64,000 nt of DNA from Candidatus Parabacteroides intestinigallinarum. Lineage in GTDB: Bacteria; Bacteroidota; Bacteroidia; Bacteroidales; Tannerellaceae. The notes beneath the pieces are model-generated. The model was not told where the DNA came from. It searched no databases and worked only from the letters and a program-made list of their open reading frames with translations. Below, piece after piece: positions 59,223 to 64,000 of this stretch. The translations under genes and the position numbers were made by a program. The stretch covers positions 1,386-65,385 of the forward strand of contig DXEN01000007.1 of the NCBI GenBank assembly GCA_019114945.1. Direction: 5' to 3'. Every line of letters starts with the position of its first letter. Position 1 is the first letter of the stretch.

Positions 59223-59278
59223 ATATTTATGTTGCTCTTACTGTAAATATAAATCATCAAACTAAATATCAATCAGAA

Positions 59279-60484
59279 ATGAAAGCATGTTTTATGGGGT
59301 TGGGCTATATCGGCCTGCCCACGGCGATTATCGCCGCCAAGCACGGCGTGCGAGTGACGGGCGTGGATATCAACCCGAAAGTGGTAGAGATGACCAATCA
59401 AGGCCGTTTGCATATCGTCGAGCCTGGGATGGAGGAGATGCTGCGGGAGGTGGTCGCTTCCGGAGCCTTGAAAGCCTCGACGACACCGGAGGTGAGCGAC
59501 GCCTATTTCATGGTGGTACCGACTCCTTTTAAGGGGAACCACGAGCCCGATATCTCCTACGTGGAGGCGGCCACCCGGGCGGTGATCCCTTACCTGAAGG
59601 AGGGGGACCTTTATGTGATCGAGTCGACCTCCCCCGTTGGGACGACCGATAAGATGAGGGCTTTGATATTTAGCGAGCGTCCGGAATTGGCGGGCAAGAT
59701 TTATATCGCCTATTGCCCGGAGCGGGTCTTGCCGGGGAACGTGATCCACGAGCTGGTGCATAACGACCGGGTGATCGGCGGCGCGGACGAGGCCTCGACA
59801 GACAAAGCCATCGAATTTTACCGTCATTTCGTACAAGGCACTTTGCACCGGACCGATTGCAGGACGGCGGAGATGTGCAAGCTGACGGAGAACTCTTCCC
59901 GCGACGTGCAGATCGCCTTCGCCAACGAGCTGTCGCTGATTTGCGACAAGGCGGGTATCAATGTCTGGGAGCTGATCGACTTGGCGAACAAGCACCCGAG
60001 GGTGAATATCCTGCGGCCGGGTTGCGGCGTGGGTGGCCATTGCATCGCCGTGGATCCCTATTTCATCACGGCGGATTTCCCGGTGGAGTCCCAACTCATC
60101 GCTAAGGCGCGTGAGATCAATAACTACAAGTCGTTCTGGTGCGCGGAGAAGGTGCAGAACGCGATGCTGAGGTTTGAGCTGGAGCATCACCGCAAACCTT
60201 GCGTGGCGATGATGGGCCTGGCGTTCAAGCCGAACATCGACGACCTGCGGGAGTCCCCGGCCAAGTACATCGTGACCAAGGTGATGCAAAGCTGTAACAA
60301 CGCCAACATCCTGGTGGTGGAGCCGAACGTGGGAGAGCATAATGTCTTCAAGCTGACGGATTACCGGGAGGCCTACGAGCGGGCGGACATCGTGGTGATG
60401 CTCGTGGCGCACGATCCTTTCAAGACCCTGCCTTGGACGGACGGGAAGGTGATCCTGGATTTCTGCGGGATCTATAGGAAATAA
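59279..60484 (+). CDS. wecC: UDP-N-acetyl-D-mannosamine dehydrogenase
   Basis: GLGYIGLPTA, CPERVLPG, KLTENS.RD, GGHCIAVDP and FKPNIDD.RESPA. Confidence 0.93.
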   Translation: MKACFMGLGYIGLPTAIIAAKHGVRVTGVDINPKVVEMTNQGRLHIVEPGMEEMLREVVASGALKASTTPEVSDAYFMVVPTPFKGNHEPDISYVEAATRAVIPYLKEGDLYVIESTSPVGTTDKMRALIFSERPELAGKIYIAYCPERVLPGNVIHELVHNDRVIGGADEASTDKAIEFYRHFVQGTLHRTDCRTAEMCKLTENSSRDVQIAFANELSLICDKAGINVWELIDLANKHPRVNILRPGCGVGGHCIAVDPYFITADFPVESQLIAKAREINNYKSFWCAEKVQNAMLRFELEHHRKPCVAMMGLAFKPNIDDLRESPAKYIVTKVMQSCNNANILVVEPNVGEHNVFKLTDYREAYERADIVVMLVAHDPFKTLPWTDGKVILDFCGIYRK

Positions 60485-60498
60485 GAGAATCATTGCCT

Positions 60499-61659
60499 AT
60501 GAAACGAATTATGTTGGTCTTCGGGACACGTCCCGAGGCGATCAAGATGGCTCCGTTGGTGAAGGAGTTCCAGAAGAACCCGGAGTCGTTCCGGACCGTT
60601 GTCTGCGTCACGGGACAGCATCGCCAGATGTTGGACCAAGTATTGAGTCTGTTTGAGATCACGCCGGATTATGATCTGAACATCATGAAACAGGGGCAGG
60701 ATCTTTATGACGTGACCGCCCGCGTGCTGTTGGGTATGCGGGATGTCTTGAGGGAGGCCCGGCCCGATGTCGTCCTGGTGCATGGCGACACGACCACCTC
60801 GACCGCGGCGGCGTTGGCGGCGTTCTACCAACAAATCCCGGTCGGCCACGTGGAGGCCGGGTTGCGGACGCATAACATCTATAGCCCCTGGCCGGAGGAG
60901 ATGAACCGCCAGCTCACGAGCCGGATAGCCACCTATAACTTCGCTCCCACGATGTTGAGCAAACAAAATCTGATTAAGGAGAACGTGAATCCGGATACGA
61001 TTCTGGTGACGGGTAACACGGTGATCGACGCTTTGCATCAAGTCGTGCGAAAAATTAAGACGGATACCGCTTTGGATGCCGAACTGGAAGGTGTTCTGAG
61101 GACAAGCGGTTATGACGTGAATCGTCTGGCTAATGGCAAGAAACTGGTCTTGATCACGGGTCATCGTCGGGAGAATTTCGGGGATGGTTTTATTAATATG
61201 TGTACGGCCATCAAGGATTTGAGTCGTAAATATCCGAAGGTGGATTTTGTTTATCCGATGCACCTGAACCCGAATGTGCGCAAACCGATTCATGAGGTAT
61301 TTGGAGAAGATTTGAGTAATCTTGGAAATATGTTCTTTATTGAGCCATTGGAGTACTTGAGTTTCGTTTATCTGATGGAGAAATCAATGATTGTCTTGAC
61401 AGATAGCGGCGGCATCCAGGAAGAAGCTCCGGGCTTGGGGAAGCCGGTATTGGTGATGCGCGACACGACGGAGCGCCCCGAGGCGTTGGAAGCCGGCACG
61501 GTCAAGTTGGTCGGCACGGACTACGACAAGATCGTGAATTGGGTTTCCGCTCTGATTGAAGATCAGGAGGTTTATGAGAAGATGAGCATGGCGGTTAATC
61601 CTTACGGTGATGGATGTGCATGCATAAGAATTGTGAATTATTTGCTAAATGTTATATGA
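60499..61659 (+). CDS. wecB: UDP-GlcNAc 2-epimerase (non-hydrolysing)
   Basis: GTRPEAIKMAP, HGDTTT, HVEAGLR, HRREN and DSGGIQEEAP. Confidence 0.95.
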   Translation: MKRIMLVFGTRPEAIKMAPLVKEFQKNPESFRTVVCVTGQHRQMLDQVLSLFEITPDYDLNIMKQGQDLYDVTARVLLGMRDVLREARPDVVLVHGDTTTSTAAALAAFYQQIPVGHVEAGLRTHNIYSPWPEEMNRQLTSRIATYNFAPTMLSKQNLIKENVNPDTILVTGNTVIDALHQVVRKIKTDTALDAELEGVLRTSGYDVNRLANGKKLVLITGHRRENFGDGFINMCTAIKDLSRKYPKVDFVYPMHLNPNVRKPIHEVFGEDLSNLGNMFFIEPLEYLSFVYLMEKSMIVLTDSGGIQEEAPGLGKPVLVMRDTTERPEALEAGTVKLVGTDYDKIVNWVSALIEDQEVYEKMSMAVNPYGDGCACIRIVNYLLNVI

Positions 61660-62729
61660 TAGAAAGTAGTATTAAAGCAAAAGTGTTGATTTTATATAAT
61701 AAATTATTTCATTACAGGATACCTGTGTGGAATGTATTGGCTGAGAAATGTGATTTAACAGTGGGATATTCCATTGGAAATATCCCGTCAAATTTGGCTA
61801 TAAATTTTAAAATAATATTTTTGCCGTCTTATACATTATTTAATAGATTTGTTATTCAAAAAAATAACATTAGAAAATTAGCCAAAAATTATGACGTTGT
61901 AATTGTATATGGTGATATTGCGTGGCTGAAATATAGTACTTTGCCATGGTTTAATCATACGAAGGTGGTTTTTCATACTTTAGGAGTATCTGCATCATAT
62001 AAAAAAGGATATGATCAAAATACTCAATGGGATATTGTTCGTAAGTTCTTTTATAGTAAAGCAAATGCACTTGTTTTCTATACACAATATCCTATTATAA
62101 AGTATGAAAAGATGGGTATTGAAAGGGCTAAAATGTTTGAGGCACCTAATACTGTATACGTAAATCCGTTAAAGCAGTCTAAAAATAAAAATAGTATATT
62201 GATGATAGGAACATTGTATAAAGAAAAGGGTGTGCAAAAATTGTTAGATGCATATTTAAAATTAAAAGATCATTATAAATTGCCTGTATTAGAAATAATA
62301 GGTGATGGTCCAGATTATAATTTAATAAAAGAATGGATTCTAAAATATAACATGGCTGAATTAATTCATTTGAATGGGGCAATATATGATTTTAACATAA
62401 AAGCAAAATTCTTCGCATCTGCATTGGCTTGTATTTCTCCAACTCAAGCCGGATTATCTGTGTTGGAAAGTATGGGAAATGGAGTTCCTTTTGTTACAAT
62501 TAAAGATGCTATTACGGGAGGTGAGATTTTTAATATACATAATGGAATTGATGGTATTTTGATGGAGTCAATATCTGATTTATATAATGTATTGATTGAA
62601 ATCTCTAAGAATCCGCAGAAATATGTTTCTATGGGTGAAAAAGCTTTGGAATATTATAAAAATAATAGAACGATATATCATATGGCTGATGGATTATTTA
62701 ATGCTGTACAATATGCAATGAAAAATTAA
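61656..62729 (+). CDS. GT4-like (GT-B) glycosyltransferase
   Basis: IG.L.KEKG, IIGDGP and GL.VLE.M..GVP. Very AT-rich. Confidence 0.8.
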   Translation: MIESSIKAKVLILYNKLFHYRIPVWNVLAEKCDLTVGYSIGNIPSNLAINFKIIFLPSYTLFNRFVIQKNNIRKLAKNYDVVIVYGDIAWLKYSTLPWFNHTKVVFHTLGVSASYKKGYDQNTQWDIVRKFFYSKANALVFYTQYPIIKYEKMGIERAKMFEAPNTVYVNPLKQSKNKNSILMIGTLYKEKGVQKLLDAYLKLKDHYKLPVLEIIGDGPDYNLIKEWILKYNMAELIHLNGAIYDFNIKAKFFASALACISPTQAGLSVLESMGNGVPFVTIKDAITGGEIFNIHNGIDGILMESISDLYNVLIEISKNPQKYVSMGEKALEYYKNNRTIYHMADGLFNAVQYAMKN

Positions 62730-62732
62730 AAA

Positions 62733-63374
62733 ATGGGTATTATAAATTATTTAGTTGGCAAAAGAAAATATATTTTTAAACGAAAAATATCTTTTTTGTC
62801 ATTAATTGATGACAAATCTTATGTAGATATTAAAGCGGCTGTATATCGTTTTGTTATAGTAAGAGATTCTAATATAGGTGCTTATACCTATATTGGAAAT
62901 AATTCGGATTTAAATAAGGTTATTGTTGGTCGATTCTGCTCTATTGCGGATTATTGCAGGATAGGTTTACCTACCCATACCATAGAACATATTTCAACTT
63001 CTCCAATTTTTACAAAATTACACAATGGGACTAAATCTTCTTTTGTTAGTTCTGATAGACAAGGTTCTGTTATAAAGACAACAGTTATTGGAAATGATGT
63101 TTGGATTGGTTCTCGGGTTTTGATAAAAGATGGGATTAAAATTGGTGATGGGGCTGTTATAGGAGCAGGTGCAGTAGTAGTTAAGGATGTTCCTGCTTAT
63201 GCTATTGTAGGAGGAGTTCCAGCAAAGATAATTCGATATAGATTCTCAAATGAAATTATAAACAAGTTACAAGAAATTCAATGGTGGAATTTGCCTGAAA
63301 AGAAATTAAAAAATAATATTTATTTGTTTCAAACAGATAAAATTACAATTGATTTGTTGGAAAGGCTTAAATAA
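62733..63374 (+). CDS. Hexapeptide-repeat O-acetyltransferase (CatB/Vat-like), probably polysaccharide-modifying
   Basis: [41 protein letters not shown]. Confidence 0.82.
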   Translation: MGIINYLVGKRKYIFKRKISFLSLIDDKSYVDIKAAVYRFVIVRDSNIGAYTYIGNNSDLNKVIVGRFCSIADYCRIGLPTHTIEHISTSPIFTKLHNGTKSSFVSSDRQGSVIKTTVIGNDVWIGSRVLIKDGIKIGDGAVIGAGAVVVKDVPAYAIVGGVPAKIIRYRFSNEIINKLQEIQWWNLPEKKLKNNIYLFQTDKITIDLLERLK

Positions 63375-63380
63375 AGTGCT

Positions 63381-64000
63381 ATGTCCATCTTTAAAGACAA
63401 AACCCTCCTGATAACGGGAGGTACCGGTTCATTCGGTAATGCCGTTTTGCGGCGTTTTTTGGATTCTGATATTAAAGAGATCCGTATTTTTTCGCGTGAC
63501 GAGAAGAAGCAGGACGATATGCGTCATGCCTTGCAGAATCCTAAAGTGAAGTTTTATATAGGCAATGTCCGAAATAAGACCTCCGTGGATGTTGCGATGC
63601 GAGGCGTTGATTACGTGTTCTCAGCGGCGGCATTAAAGCAAGTCCCTTCCTGTGAGTTTTTCCCGATGGAGGCGACTCGCACAAATGTGTTGGGAACGGA
63701 AAACGTACTCTTGTCCGCTATCGAGCATGGGGTCAAGAATGTCGTGGTTCTTTCCACGGACAAGGCTGCCTATCCGATCAATGCGATGGGTATCAGTAAG
63801 GCGTTGATGGAGAAGGTTGCGATCGCCAAGGGACGCGAGTTGGGTGAGGGCGCGGCGACAACTATTTGTTGTACCCGTTATGGAAACGTGATGGCCAGCC
63901 GGGGTTCTGTGATCCCGCTTTGGGTCGAACAGATGATGGAGGGAAAGCCCATCACTATCACCGATCCGAACATGACCCGCTTCATGATGACGTTGGATGA
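63381..64000 (+). CDS. UDP-GlcNAc 4,6-dehydratase/epimerase (FnlA/CapE/WbjB-like), runs off the window end
   Basis: MSIFKDKTLLITGGTGSFG, FSRDEKKQDDMR, AALKQVPSCEFFP, STDKA.YP and RYGNVMASRGSV. Confidence 0.9.
   Translation, partial: MSIFKDKTLLITGGTGSFGNAVLRRFLDSDIKEIRIFSRDEKKQDDMRHALQNPKVKFYIGNVRNKTSVDVAMRGVDYVFSAAALKQVPSCEFFPMEATRTNVLGTENVLLSAIEHGVKNVVVLSTDKAAYPINAMGISKALMEKVAIAKGRELGEGAATTICCTRYGNVMASRGSVIPLWVEQMMEGKPITITDPNMTRFMMTLD

Noticed and set aside
62733-63374. Chloramphenicol/streptogramin resistance gene (catB/vat)
   Set aside because: The hexapeptide fold is shared, but the gene is embedded among glycosyltransferases and sugar-pathway genes, so a polysaccharide O-acetyltransferase is more likely.

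Overview
Bacteroidales chromosome segment, Parabacteroides-like by inference from gene order and TAnnTT(T/C)G promoter boxes. It holds housekeeping blocks (ECF sigma-rpe-comEC-DHH-DUF4827-glmM; topB; ribE; cbpA/cbpM; purF-carA-carB; yidC-pyrG), tRNA-fMet, tRNA-Ser(CGA), an MNT-HEPN toxin-antitoxin pair, a mannoside-utilisation region (two convergent susC/susD pairs and three GH92 genes), and the first ~17 kb of a UpxY-controlled, mosaic polysaccharide locus. Best finding: the two susC/susD pairs sit inside an ~11.6 kb segment bounded by a perfect 22-bp inverted repeat (14686-14707 / 26315-26336). Its core, AGTTCC-GCCG-GAACT, fits the AGTYYYN4GDACT consensus reported for the Bacteroides fragilis SusC/SusD invertase Tsr0667. 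One sigmaA-type promoter lies just outside the left repeat, so inversion would swap which pair is expressed. The currently promoter-distal susC carries an in-frame amber codon at 453, so one switch state may be a functional OFF. Also notable: several unrelated 22-23 bp and 7-bp tandem-repeat tracts, many next to stand-alone AAA/PD-(D/E)XK genes; one heptamer tract translated inside carA; a rpn gene bracketed by a 14-bp direct repeat; a decayed second ugd; an integrase-less element end after tRNA-Ser; and a 59-codon ORF missed by the ORF track. Family assignments come from motif recognition only; no database searches were run.
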